Source: Bacteroidota bacterium
Lineage (GTDB): Bacteria; Bacteroidota; Bacteroidia; Bacteroidales; VadinHA17
Direction: 5' to 3'
Assembly (NCBI GenBank): GCA_012729475.1
Contig: JAAYDB010000159.1
Coordinates: forward strand, 10,063-74,062
Length of the DNA stretch: 64,000 nucleotides
Shown one piece after another: positions 10,648 through 20,313 of this stretch (position 1 is the stretch's first letter; every line of letters begins with the position of its first letter). The notes beneath the pieces were generated by a model. The model made no database searches. It saw only the letters and a program-made list of their open reading frames with translations, and had not been told where the DNA came from. Made by a program: the position numbers and the translations under genes.

Positions 10648-12051
10648 CTAAGGTTTCAGATTTTTCCCTTTGTTCCTTGCCAGGGAGGCAAAAATACCAA
10701 TTATGCAGAGACCGGAAAAAATCACAAAGCCTGTTCTCATTCCTGAAATAAGCCCGGGATATGTTTCGGGTGTAATTGCTTCCTGTCCCATATATAAAGC
10801 CAGTAACATCATTGCAATACCCATGCTGAGCATTTGTCCCACCATCCTCATGGTACCGACAACACCGGAAGCAATACCCAAATGCTTTTTCTCCACGGAG
10901 CTCATGATGGCATTGGTATTGGGTGAGGAAAAAAAACCGAATCCTGTTCCCATTATGATGAGCATAAAGATTATAAGTGATACGGAACTGTTTTCATTGA
11001 TAAAGCACAGCATGATCAGTCCTGTTGCTGTGAGACTCATCCCTATTGAGGCAATGATTCCGGGATTGTGTTTGTCAGATAATCTCCCTGCCATAGGAGA
11101 CAAAAGGGCCATCATTACAGGCTGGGAAATCATAACAAAACCTGCTGTTCTTGAATCAAGATCTTTCAGGTATTGAAGATAAAGACTTATGAAAAACCCT
11201 GTTGCAGAGGTAGCTGAATAATGGATAAGAGCTGCCAGTCCTGACAGGGCAAAAACCCTGTTGTGCAATAACAGTCTAATATCAAAAACCGGATTGTCTA
11301 TCCTTTTTTCAAAAAAAACAAAAGATAAACCGAAAATCAGACCGCAAAGCAGGAAAACCCATCCTGAGGGGTGTGGTAGCTTTGAAAAGCCATACATAAA
11401 AGAGGCAAGAGAAATACCATAAATAACGGATCCTTTCCAGTCGAATTTTTCACCTTTAGCCTCTGCCCATTCGGGTTTCATTTTCTTTACTACAAGGTAA
11501 AAAGAAAAGATACCGATAGGGACAAGGAATACAAAGATACTTCTCCATCCGAAATATTGAGTCAACAGACCGCCAACAACAGGCCCGCTGGAAAGACCGG
11601 CATAAACTGCTGTTGTATTTATTCCCATAGCCCGTCCCCGTTCTCCGGGTTCAAAGACGGAGGTTAGTATTGCCAGACTGGTACCGAAGATCATAGCTCC
11701 TGATATTCCCTGTATAATCCGGAAAATGATCAGAGATTCTATATTCCAGGAAAAGATGATCAGAAAAGCTGAAAATGTGAAGAGGATTATTCCGTATTTG
11801 AATATCTTTTTCCTTCCTTTTATGTCTGCCAGTCTGCCGAAAGGAAGAAGAAACATAGCAGAGGTAAGAATAAAACTGCTGACTATCCATCCCAGTTCAA
11901 CGGCAGTAGTATTAAAATCCTTCCCTATTGAAGGAAGAGCAAGGTTTATTGCTGATCCGAGAAAAGGGGTGAGAAAAGCAGCCGAAGCAGATACTGTGAG
12001 AACAGATCTTTTTAATGACCTGTCATAAGAGTGATTATGAGTTATCTGCAT
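10648..12051 (-). CDS. MFS transporter, DHA2 (14-TM, EmrB/QacA-like)
   Basis: GRLADIKGRK motif A, GPVVGG motif C, WRSIF. Confidence 0.9.
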   Translation of the reverse strand: MQITHNHSYDRSLKRSVLTVSASAAFLTPFLGSAINLALPSIGKDFNTTAVELGWIVSSFILTSAMFLLPFGRLADIKGRKKIFKYGIILFTFSAFLIIFSWNIESLIIFRIIQGISGAMIFGTSLAILTSVFEPGERGRAMGINTTAVYAGLSSGPVVGGLLTQYFGWRSIFVFLVPIGIFSFYLVVKKMKPEWAEAKGEKFDWKGSVIYGISLASFMYGFSKLPHPSGWVFLLCGLIFGLSFVFFEKRIDNPVFDIRLLLHNRVFALSGLAALIHYSATSATGFFISLYLQYLKDLDSRTAGFVMISQPVMMALLSPMAGRLSDKHNPGIIASIGMSLTATGLIMLCFINENSSVSLIIFMLIIMGTGFGFFSSPNTNAIMSSVEKKHLGIASGVVGTMRMVGQMLSMGIAMMLLALYMGQEAITPETYPGLISGMRTGFVIFSGLCIIGIFASLARNKGKNLKP

Positions 12052-12054
12052 ATA

Positions 12055-12507
12055 TCATTCCTTGTTTTTTGTATCAATTATAATGGTAACCGGACCGTCA
12101 TTATGTATTTCCACAAGCATCATAGCCCCAAACTTACCTGTTCCTGCCGCTTTGCCCAGTAAAGCATTTAACCGGGCAATGAATTTTTCATACACGGGAA
12201 TGGCAATTTCCGGGGGGGCAGCATTTATGTATGAAGGCCTGGTCCCTTTCCGTGTTTTTGCATGAAGAGTAAACTGACTGACAACAATAATATCTCCGCC
12301 TGTTTCAAGTACCGACAGATTCATTATCCCCCTGTTGTCATCGAATATACGTAACCTGACTATCTTGGAAGCAAGCCATTCAATATCTTCATCATTATCG
12401 GTACCTTCTATACCCAGAAAGACAACAAGGCCGGGACCAATAGATGATAAAACCCGTCTGCCTTCACTGACTGAAGCTTTTATCACACGCTGGATAACTG
12501 TTCTCAT
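12055..12507 (-). CDS. dtd: D-aminoacyl-tRNA deacylase
   Basis: MRTVIQRV, VSQFTL, NDGPVT motifs. Confidence 0.96.
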   Translation of the reverse strand: MRTVIQRVIKASVSEGRRVLSSIGPGLVVFLGIEGTDNDEDIEWLASKIVRLRIFDDNRGIMNLSVLETGGDIIVVSQFTLHAKTRKGTRPSYINAAPPEIAIPVYEKFIARLNALLGKAAGTGKFGAMMLVEIHNDGPVTIIIDTKNKE

Positions 12508-12527
12508 TTCAATTAATACAGTGTGTG

Positions 12528-12575
12528 CAAATATATCAATTTCAAAAGGGGTGTAAGATTTTTTATGTATGTTTG
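12528..12575. promoter_or_regulatory. Divergent -7 boxes: TATATTTG (minus, 12528-12535, dtd) and TATGTTTG (plus, 12568-12575, mntP)
   Basis: Two exact TAnnTTTG matches, each about 20 nt from its start codon. Confidence 0.6.
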
Positions 12576-12595
12576 TGCATCAATTTTTTGGGTAA

Positions 12596-13162
12596 ATGGA
12601 TTTTCTGACAATTGTTGCCGTTGCTCTTGGTTTATCTTTCGATACATTCGCCCTTTCTTTTTCGTATGGTGTAATAAAAAACGGGATCCTGTTCCGTGAA
12701 GCATTCAAAATAGCTTTCTTCCTGGGGGTTTTCCAGGCAGGATTATTTGTCCTGGGATATTTTTTGGGATCTTTTTTTAGTGACATGTTTAAAGCGGCAG
12801 ATCACTGGATTGCACTCGCCCTTTTATCTTTTTTGGGTATAAGAATGATCTATGAAGGCATTGTCAGAGAAGAACAAGAGAAGAAAAGAGATTATACAAA
12901 AGGGAAAGATCTTCTGGCAGCAGCAGTAGGAACAAGTATTGATGCTTTTGCCGTCGGGATAAGCTTTGCCCTGCTTAATATCAGAATACTGTTTTCGGGG
13001 GGTATCATAGGTATAATTACATTTTTGGCCTCAATGCTTGCTATCAGAATCGGTAAATCGGCAGGCAAAAGACTTGGCCGGAAAGTTGAAATTATAGGAG
13101 GGCTTATTCTTATTGCAATAGGAGTGAAAATATTCCTGGAGCATATGACGGGAGCCTGGTAA
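12596..13162 (+). CDS. mntP: Manganese efflux pump MntP family
   Basis: Duplicated LSFDTFA / TSIDAFAVG motifs, DHWIA, EIIGGLILIAIG. Confidence 0.9.
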   Translation: MDFLTIVAVALGLSFDTFALSFSYGVIKNGILFREAFKIAFFLGVFQAGLFVLGYFLGSFFSDMFKAADHWIALALLSFLGIRMIYEGIVREEQEKKRDYTKGKDLLAAAVGTSIDAFAVGISFALLNIRILFSGGIIGIITFLASMLAIRIGKSAGKRLGRKVEIIGGLILIAIGVKIFLEHMTGAW

Positions 13163-13211
13163 AGAAAGCCGGAAGTTTACATTCATTTCAGACAGAATAA
13201 CCGGATGGCAG

Positions 13212-13997
13212 TTAAAAAGGGATTATGTCCCTTTTTCTTGAAGAGAATACAGCCATTTCATTGAAACCACTTTTCTTCAGCAGAGTGTATGCTTCATCAA
13301 AATACTGACCTACACGGTCAGGCAGATGTGCATCCGAATTAACACATACAGGAACACCTGCCTCACTGAATAACCGGAGATATTGCCGGTCGGGATAAAA
13401 ATCTCCGAGCGGTTTATTCCGTCCGTTGGTATTGAGCTCAAAGACTATATCATTATCTTTCAGACAAACAGCCAGTTCTCTGTAAAGATATTCAGGGCTG
13501 AATGATGGCTTATGGCCAAATATTCTTATAAGATCACAATGTCCGATAATGTCAAACAGACCTGAAGAAACAGCTGTCATTACTGTTTCAAAATATCCTT
13601 TATACAACAGATCAATATCTTTCCCCTTATAAAAACCGGGGTTCATATCCACAGTCTTTTGATCCAGGTAATGGACAGACCCAATCCGGTAATCAAGATC
13701 CATATCTCTAAGAAACAATTCTGTCTCTTTCTCTGCTCCGGGAATATAATCAACCTCCAGGCCCGTCCTTATTTTGATGTCTGAAGTTCTTTCCTTCAGG
13801 CTGGCAATTTTATTGATATACGTCATTATTTGTGATGGTTCCATACACCAGTCAGGTCTGTCTTTCACAAGGGACAAGTGTTCCGAAAAGCCTATTTCAT
13901 TTATACCGGCCTTTAGTGCAGCATCGACATAATCCTCCGGATCTGCCTTACCGTCGCTGAAAGTTGTATGAATATGGTAATCAGTTCTGTAAATCAT
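13212..13997 (-). CDS. Histidinol-phosphatase, PHP (HisJ/HisK) family
   Basis: DYHIHT..SDG, FSEH, GLEVD, IGSVH, GHCD, NSDAH. Confidence 0.85.
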   Translation of the reverse strand: MIYRTDYHIHTTFSDGKADPEDYVDAALKAGINEIGFSEHLSLVKDRPDWCMEPSQIMTYINKIASLKERTSDIKIRTGLEVDYIPGAEKETELFLRDMDLDYRIGSVHYLDQKTVDMNPGFYKGKDIDLLYKGYFETVMTAVSSGLFDIIGHCDLIRIFGHKPSFSPEYLYRELAVCLKDNDIVFELNTNGRNKPLGDFYPDRQYLRLFSEAGVPVCVNSDAHLPDRVGQYFDEAYTLLKKSGFNEMAVFSSRKRDIIPF

Positions 13998-14895
13998 TCA
14001 GTGCATTATGTGGATTATCAAACAAAAAACTATATCCGGCCTGAATAATTTTCTCAGGAGAGATCCGGCTGCCAGTCAGTATCATTTGTGACATCTCACC
14101 AAAGAATAATTTAAGTAGGACTGCCGGCAGAGGTGGATGAAAGAAGCGTTTCCCTTTAACCATTGCCAGTGTTTTCATAAACACACGGTATTGAGTATAA
14201 TGTGGAGCAACAGCATTATATGCACCTGACATCTCTTCATCGTGAAGAGCTTTCATGTAGATGGCACAAAGATCTTTAATATGTATCCATGAAAGATAAT
14301 GCTTTCCGTTACCGGGATATGAAAAGATGCCATAATGAGCCGGGACAAGCAGTGAGGCAAGGACACCGGAGTTTTTTTCAAGTACAACACCACTCCTGAT
14401 CTTTACTGTACGGATACCGGATGATGCAAAGAGATTGGCAGCTTCTTCCCATGCTCTGCATACCGAACCAAGAAAATCGTCAGACGGAGGGTTATCTTCT
14501 TTGAATATTCTTCCGGATGTAACAGAACCATAATAACCAACAGCTGAGGCAGAGATAAATGCTTTCAGTTTATGTCCGGATTTATCGGTTTTTTCAAATA
14601 ATAACCTGGCAGAGTCAACACGGCTTCTCATAATGACCTCTTTTTGTCTTGCTGACCAACGTTTGCCTGACAGATTTTCTCCGGCCAGATGAATGATGAA
14701 ATCAATATCCTTGAAAATGGCATCATCAGCAATTCCCTTGTCAGGATCCCACTGATGGACCCTGACTGTTCCAAAAGAATTATGCCGGCGTGACAGGTGT
14801 TTTACTATATAACCTTCGGCCAGTAGCATAGATGTCAGATACTTACCAACGAGACCACTTCCGCCTGTAATGAGTACTTTATTAGCTTTCGACAT
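13981..14895 (-). CDS. TIGR01777 family NAD(P)-binding epimerase-like oxidoreductase
   Basis: ITGGSGLVG, HLAGE, SRVDS, SASAVGYYG, SWIHIKD. Confidence 0.9.
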   Translation of the reverse strand: MSKANKVLITGGSGLVGKYLTSMLLAEGYIVKHLSRRHNSFGTVRVHQWDPDKGIADDAIFKDIDFIIHLAGENLSGKRWSARQKEVIMRSRVDSARLLFEKTDKSGHKLKAFISASAVGYYGSVTSGRIFKEDNPPSDDFLGSVCRAWEEAANLFASSGIRTVKIRSGVVLEKNSGVLASLLVPAHYGIFSYPGNGKHYLSWIHIKDLCAIYMKALHDEEMSGAYNAVAPHYTQYRVFMKTLAMVKGKRFFHPPLPAVLLKLFFGEMSQMILTGSRISPEKIIQAGYSFLFDNPHNALNDLQN

Positions 14896-15015
14896 AACAT
14901 TTTTTCTGTTTTTATATCAGAAAATTTGTTTAATTATTTTGTAATAATAAGATTATTATTTGTTTTTCAGAATAAAATTAAATTGTTTTACTTTGAATGG
15001 TTAAAAATCTTAATA

Positions 15016-16245
15016 ATGGGAACAACGAATAATAAGAAAAACGTAACAGTAAAAAAAACAAAAGGAATTATTGCCATTCTGACCGGAGGTGGCGATGTAC
15101 CAGGACTTAATCCGGCTATCAGAGCGGTTACCATACGTGCAAACAGGGAAGGATACAAAGTTATCGGCCTAAAAAGAGGTTGGGCAGGTATTACCGAACT
15201 TATCAGGGACAAAAAAGTTGATAACAGTTTCTGTTACCAGATATTGACAGATGATATTGTTAACAAAGCAGGACGTACCGGAGGTACTTTTCTTCATACT
15301 TCCAGGACCCGCCCCAGTCATATGCCAAAAGCTTCTGTACCGGTGCATCTCCAGGAGGACTATAATAAAGAGATAAATGATTTGACTCCCGAGATTATAA
15401 AAAACCTGGAATGGCTTGGAGTAGATTATCTCATTCCTATAGGAGGAGATGATACTCTTAGTTATGGAGTTCATTTATTTGAAAAAGGAGTTAACGTTGT
15501 TGCAATTCCTAAAACCATGGATAACGACGTACCCGGTACTGATTATTGTATAGGATTCAGTACGTGTGTTACAAGAACAATCCAGATGACAAACAGTCTG
15601 AGAACATCTGCCGGATCACACGAAAGAATTCTTGTACTGGAAGTTTTCGGTCGATATGCCGGTTTTACAGCTATGCTGCCTACAATGGCCGGATCTGCCA
15701 ACAGATGTGTTATTCCGGAATATAAATTTGATATTGAATTATTGACAAAACTTCTTGTGGAAGACAGGAACATCAATCCAAGCAAATATGCAGTTGTCCT
15801 TGTTTCGGAAGGAGCAATGTTTAAAGGAGGAGAAATGATATTTGCCGATAGTGAAAGAGATGCTTACGGCCACGCTAAACTGGGAGGTATCGGTGATGTG
15901 GTTTCACAAGAGCTTAAAGAACTGTCTTCAAAATATAACAACGGGAAAACTATTAATGTAATAAATCAGAAACTGGGATATATGGTAAGAGGTGGTGATC
16001 CGGATGCTATCGATTCAATTGTCCCCATGGCCTATGGTAATCTGGCTCTTGACCTTATCCTGAAAGGAGTTCATGGCAGAATAGTCGTTCTTAAAAACGG
16101 CCGTTATGATAATTTACCGATAAATGTTATCACTTCATCAAAGAAAGTAGTTGATGTAGCAGAACACTATAATACAGATCGATTGAGACCTTTCTATCAT
16201 AGTTTTGAAAATAAACCATTCCTTCTGATGGCATCAGATAGTTAG
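15016..16245 (+). CDS. pfkA: 6-phosphofructokinase (PfkA family, PPi-type signature)
   Basis: LTGGGDVPGLN, GGTFLHTSR, IGGDDT, PKTMDND, EVFGR. Start set at ATG 15016. Confidence 0.92.
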   Translation: MGTTNNKKNVTVKKTKGIIAILTGGGDVPGLNPAIRAVTIRANREGYKVIGLKRGWAGITELIRDKKVDNSFCYQILTDDIVNKAGRTGGTFLHTSRTRPSHMPKASVPVHLQEDYNKEINDLTPEIIKNLEWLGVDYLIPIGGDDTLSYGVHLFEKGVNVVAIPKTMDNDVPGTDYCIGFSTCVTRTIQMTNSLRTSAGSHERILVLEVFGRYAGFTAMLPTMAGSANRCVIPEYKFDIELLTKLLVEDRNINPSKYAVVLVSEGAMFKGGEMIFADSERDAYGHAKLGGIGDVVSQELKELSSKYNNGKTINVINQKLGYMVRGGDPDAIDSIVPMAYGNLALDLILKGVHGRIVVLKNGRYDNLPINVITSSKKVVDVAEHYNTDRLRPFYHSFENKPFLLMASDS

Positions 16246-16262
16246 GTTATTATTTATTTTAA

Positions 16263-16299
16263 AAGAAAAAAGGTGTCTTTTTCAGACACCTTTTTTCTT
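16263..16299 (+). terminator. Intrinsic terminator after pfk (bidirectional shape)
   Basis: Perfect 16-bp inverted repeat AAGAAAAAAGGTGTCT-ttttc-AGACACCTTTTTTCTT. Confidence 0.85.
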
Positions 16300-16351
16300 C
16301 TCACATAATATTCAATGTAAAACTGGAAGATACATATTTTACCGGAATAAT

Positions 16352-16359
16352 TACTTTTG
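16352..16359 (+). promoter_or_regulatory. -7 promoter box (TACTTTTG) for rsgA
   Basis: Exact TAnnTTTG match 17 nt upstream of the TTG start. Confidence 0.55.
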
Positions 16360-16376
16360 TTGTTCAAAAAATAATA

Positions 16377-17303
16377 TTGGAAAAAGGATTGGTCATAAAA
16401 TCAACAGGAAGCCGTTACAAGATATTTTACGGAGAAGACCGGACAATCGAATGTACTCTGAAAGGAAGTTTCCGTTTTAGAGGTATCAGAACAACAAACC
16501 CGGTAGCCGTGGGCGATAATGTCATTTTCCGTTTTGAGGACAATGCCAATTCAGGAGTTATTACAGAAATACTTGAGAGAAGAAATTATATACTCAGAAA
16601 AGCATCAAATCTATCAAAAGAGGTCCAGATTATTGCAGCTAATGTTGATCAGGTCTTTCTTATGTTAACAATAATCCTTCCTGTAACACCTGTGGAATTT
16701 ATTGATCGCTTCCTTGTCACAGCAGAAGCCTACAGTGTCCCTGCATATCTTATAATAAATAAAACAGATCTCTATGATACAGAAGAGACCGAAAGAATGG
16801 AGAATCTGATCCGCGTCTATGAAAAAATAGGATATAAGTGTTTCAGGTTGTCTCTGAAAGATATGAACGGTCTGGACAACCTTATAGATCAGATGAAAGA
16901 TAAAATAGGCCTTCTGGCAGGTAATTCAGGAGTTGGTAAAAGTACTCTGCTAAATGTATTTAACCCCTCCTTAAACCTTAAAACGGCTGAAGTATCCGAT
17001 TATCATAAACAGGGTAAGCATATAACAACATTTCCCGAAATGCATCCCTTACCCTTTGGAGGATATCTTATCGATTCACCAGGTATAAGAGGATTTGGAA
17101 TTGTGGATATGGACAGGAATGAGATCTACCATTTCTTCCCTGAGATATTCAAAATATCCAAAGACTGCCGCTTCTATAATTGCCTTCATCTAGATGAACC
17201 TGGATGTGCTGTCAGAAAGGCCGTTGAGGCCGGATATATAAACCCCTTACGCTATAGAAGCTACCTGAGCATTCTTGAGGATGAGAACAGAAAATACAGA
17301 TAG
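16377..17303 (+). CDS. rsgA: Ribosome small subunit-dependent GTPase A
   Basis: OB fold, NKTD, GNSGVGKS, GKHITT, DSPG, C-terminal CRFYNCLH..EPGC zinc site. Confidence 0.96.
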   Translation: MEKGLVIKSTGSRYKIFYGEDRTIECTLKGSFRFRGIRTTNPVAVGDNVIFRFEDNANSGVITEILERRNYILRKASNLSKEVQIIAANVDQVFLMLTIILPVTPVEFIDRFLVTAEAYSVPAYLIINKTDLYDTEETERMENLIRVYEKIGYKCFRLSLKDMNGLDNLIDQMKDKIGLLAGNSGVGKSTLLNVFNPSLNLKTAEVSDYHKQGKHITTFPEMHPLPFGGYLIDSPGIRGFGIVDMDRNEIYHFFPEIFKISKDCRFYNCLHLDEPGCAVRKAVEAGYINPLRYRSYLSILEDENRKYR

Positions 17304-17369
17304 AGCAGTAAAAATGATATATTTTTAAAGAGTATCTTTATGCCCACTGGACGGCAAATCTGATTGAGA

Positions 17370-20195
17370 ATGAAAAAACTGTTAATTATAGTATACTCAG
17401 CATTCCTTATAATACTTATAGTAAATATCATTTATTACAGGAACCTGTATGACAGACAAATCAGTTATATAACCACTTTACTTGGCAGACAGGCCCAGAT
17501 AGTTGGTCTTTCTGTCGATGATATAAATACTGGTTTTCCCAGTGATCTGAATGAAATAATATTTACAGAAGATCTGGGCGGTTTTTTTAAGGATACTGAA
17601 ATACAGAACAGAGTAAAAGAAAAAATGAAACTGTTATTTTCCAGATACCAGAATATGGTAACAGATATCAGGATTTTTGACAATGAGAAAAACGAGTTTA
17701 CTCTGAAACGTGATGAAGATAGTGGTGAATGGCTGGAACAGAAGTTTGTACTCCATTCCCAAAACCATCTTTATAATATTGAACAGATAATAAGAGACAA
17801 CAATGAATCAGATTATATCATTCCATTCATAAAAGATAATGTTGCCCTTGGTAATATCGTTGTTAAAATTGATTATGAAAAATATTTCAGAGACTTATTT
17901 TCAGTTTTTAATCTTAAGGATTATCAGTGGCAATGGGTCATGAGCGATTCAGGGAAGATTATTTATGATAATGCTGTAATACCTGTAGATTATTCCGGAA
18001 CGGAAAAAATTGTACACGATCTTGTAAAAGGCAGTAACGGCGATCAAATACATAATGCAATAATTAATAAAACAGGCAAAAAACTGATATCTTCTTATTA
18101 TTCAACAACTCTTTTACAGAGAGATATTGGTCTGGTTTTTTCTGCCCCGGCAGACAGATTTCAGAAATATATCTTCAGGAATTCCATCTTTATTGTGTTG
18201 GCTACTTTACTTATTATTCAGACTATTATTTGGTTTTTCCTGAAATATATTAAAGAGCAGAAAAAAGAAAAGAAAAGGTTAATTGAGTCGGAAAAGATGT
18301 TTTTCAGACTTATCGAAGAGATGCCTGTGGCAGTCATTTTACACGATCGGAACAGGAAAATACTGAAAGCTAACAAAATAGCTGCATCATTCTTCTCCTA
18401 TGAAAGAGAAGAAGATATGGAAGGTGAGTTTTATCCGGAAGAATCTGTAACCCAAACAGGTTATTATTTTGCCAGGAACCTGGGTAGTACATTCAATCCC
18501 GAACAATTCATCATTCTTCCGGGACAAACGGGAGAGACTATTCTGTATAAAAACAGTTTACCCCTTTCTTTTAATGGAGAAGAAGCTATTATGGAGCTTT
18601 TAACAGATGTTACATTGCTTGAGACTGCAAGGAAAAAAGAAGCAAAGGCAAATGTGGCAAAATCCGAATTCCTTGCCAGAATGAGTTATGAAATAAAAAC
18701 TCCTCTCAATGGTATCATAGGAATAACAGATGTTTTAAGCCGTTACGAACTGAACAGTGAAATAAAAGATGCAATAGATATTTTGAGCCGCTCGACAGAT
18801 ACACTTCTGAGCATCATAAATGATATACTCGATTTCTCAAAGATTGAGACAGGACAGATGGTCCTTGATGAGAAACCCTTTAATTTCAGGGAAGAAATAA
18901 CATACTGTTCAGAATTGGCAAAGGCTTTTACAACTGGCAAAGAGCTTGTTTTTAAAAGCATAATAGAAAAAAATGTTCCTGAAAATATTATTGCAGATCC
19001 TTTTAGAATACGGCAGATACTAACAAATCTTATTCTTCATTCTGTTACTAATACAGAAAACGGAGAAATAATTCTGAAATGCCGTACAGGAAACAAAAAT
19101 AACGGCTTTATTACTCTGGAATTTGAATTACTCGATACCGGCCATTATTTTAATGAGGATACTCTCCAACGCCTCTTCGGAGATACAATAGACAACAATG
19201 GACCCGGAGTGATCAAAAACAATGATAAATCAGTACTTGGAGCTATCCTTGCCCGGCAACTTATAAAACTGATGGGAGGTGATCTGATAGCGGAAAGCCC
19301 GTCGGGTTTGTCAGGAAACAAAGGCACAAAAATCTCTTTCTCGCTTGTAGTCTGTTCCAGCGACAGGATAATCAAAGATGTTAATCGTGAGGAGATCGAC
19401 TCATTTTCAAAAATAAAGGCTATGGTAATAACAGGCCAGCAAAACAGGGATGAGGAAATAATGACACTTCTGCATAAGTCGGGGATGAATATATCGCTTA
19501 CTACTTTTCAGAAAAATACTCTGGAACAGATAAGAACTAACCTGAATTCATCGGGCCACCAATATAACCTGTTGATAATAGTTGATGAGAACGATTTTGA
19601 CGCTTTTGAAGCAGCACAGGCTATCTGGGAAAAAGGGCTGTCAAAAAAGATAATTGTTCTGCTGATCAGTGCAAGAGATATCAAAGGCAACTACCGGAAA
19701 TGCATATCACTGGGTATTGATAAATATGTTTTAAAACCTGTAGATACTGTAAAATTAACAACAGCTGTTCAGGAGTGTTTCCCTTTTTTGCAGTCACAAC
19801 AGGCAGATGAAACTGGTAATGATATCAGAAAGGATATTAAAATACTTGTCGTGGAAGATAATAAAATGAATCTTAAGATGCTCGGGACAATGCTTCAGAC
19901 ACTCGGATATAAATATGATATTTCTGAAGATGGCTACGATGCATACCTTAAAGCGACAAAGAAAAAATACGACCTGATATTTATGGATCTGTTCCTTCCG
20001 GAGATGGATGGTTTTGAGTCATCAAGAAAGATACTTGAACATGACAGCTCTGTTTTAATTGCAGCTTTTACTGCTGACACGATGCCCGAAACAAAGAAAA
20101 AATCAGAATTATCAGGTATAAGGGAGTTTGTTGCCAAACCTGTCAGAATAGATGAACTCAGAAAACTATTTATTAAACATTTCAAAGCTGACTGA
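17370..20195 (+). CDS. Hybrid sensor kinase/response regulator-like protein with a degenerate kinase core (predicted pseudokinase)
   Basis: Two transmembrane helices around a periplasmic domain, PAS-like segment, HisKA-like SEFLARMSYEIKTPLNGI, HATPase-like region, two receiver domains (last one intact). Confidence 0.85.
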   Translation: MKKLLIIVYSAFLIILIVNIIYYRNLYDRQISYITTLLGRQAQIVGLSVDDINTGFPSDLNEIIFTEDLGGFFKDTEIQNRVKEKMKLLFSRYQNMVTDIRIFDNEKNEFTLKRDEDSGEWLEQKFVLHSQNHLYNIEQIIRDNNESDYIIPFIKDNVALGNIVVKIDYEKYFRDLFSVFNLKDYQWQWVMSDSGKIIYDNAVIPVDYSGTEKIVHDLVKGSNGDQIHNAIINKTGKKLISSYYSTTLLQRDIGLVFSAPADRFQKYIFRNSIFIVLATLLIIQTIIWFFLKYIKEQKKEKKRLIESEKMFFRLIEEMPVAVILHDRNRKILKANKIAASFFSYEREEDMEGEFYPEESVTQTGYYFARNLGSTFNPEQFIILPGQTGETILYKNSLPLSFNGEEAIMELLTDVTLLETARKKEAKANVAKSEFLARMSYEIKTPLNGIIGITDVLSRYELNSEIKDAIDILSRSTDTLLSIINDILDFSKIETGQMVLDEKPFNFREEITYCSELAKAFTTGKELVFKSIIEKNVPENIIADPFRIRQILTNLILHSVTNTENGEIILKCRTGNKNNGFITLEFELLDTGHYFNEDTLQRLFGDTIDNNGPGVIKNNDKSVLGAILARQLIKLMGGDLIAESPSGLSGNKGTKISFSLVVCSSDRIIKDVNREEIDSFSKIKAMVITGQQNRDEEIMTLLHKSGMNISLTTFQKNTLEQIRTNLNSSGHQYNLLIIVDENDFDAFEAAQAIWEKGLSKKIIVLLISARDIKGNYRKCISLGIDKYVLKPVDTVKLTTAVQECFPFLQSQQADETGNDIRKDIKILVVEDNKMNLKMLGTMLQTLGYKYDISEDGYDAYLKATKKKYDLIFMDLFLPEMDGFESSRKILEHDSSVLIAAFTADTMPETKKKSELSGIREFVAKPVRIDELRKLFIKHFKAD

Positions 20196-20313
20196 TAATA
20201 AAACAAATAACACTGAATAGTCTTTTTCTTTTGAGTCAGGGAATTCTATCCGTTTATCATATCCTGAAATGTTTGGGATAAAGAATAATAAGATTTTTTT
20301 ATTTGTATTAGAA

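Noticed and set aside
12508..12595. Possible yybP-ykoY Mn riboswitch before mntP (AAAAGGGGTGTAAG resembles its 5' strand)
   Set aside because: The spacer is only 88 bp and holds two promoters; the segment lies upstream of the mntP -7 box, and the other conserved elements are absent.
14926..15015. Extended N-termini in the ORF track (pfk; also DUF4271, selU, yceD, 44487)
   Set aside because: The extensions run through promoter-like AT-rich DNA or neighbouring genes; downstream starts fit family lengths better.
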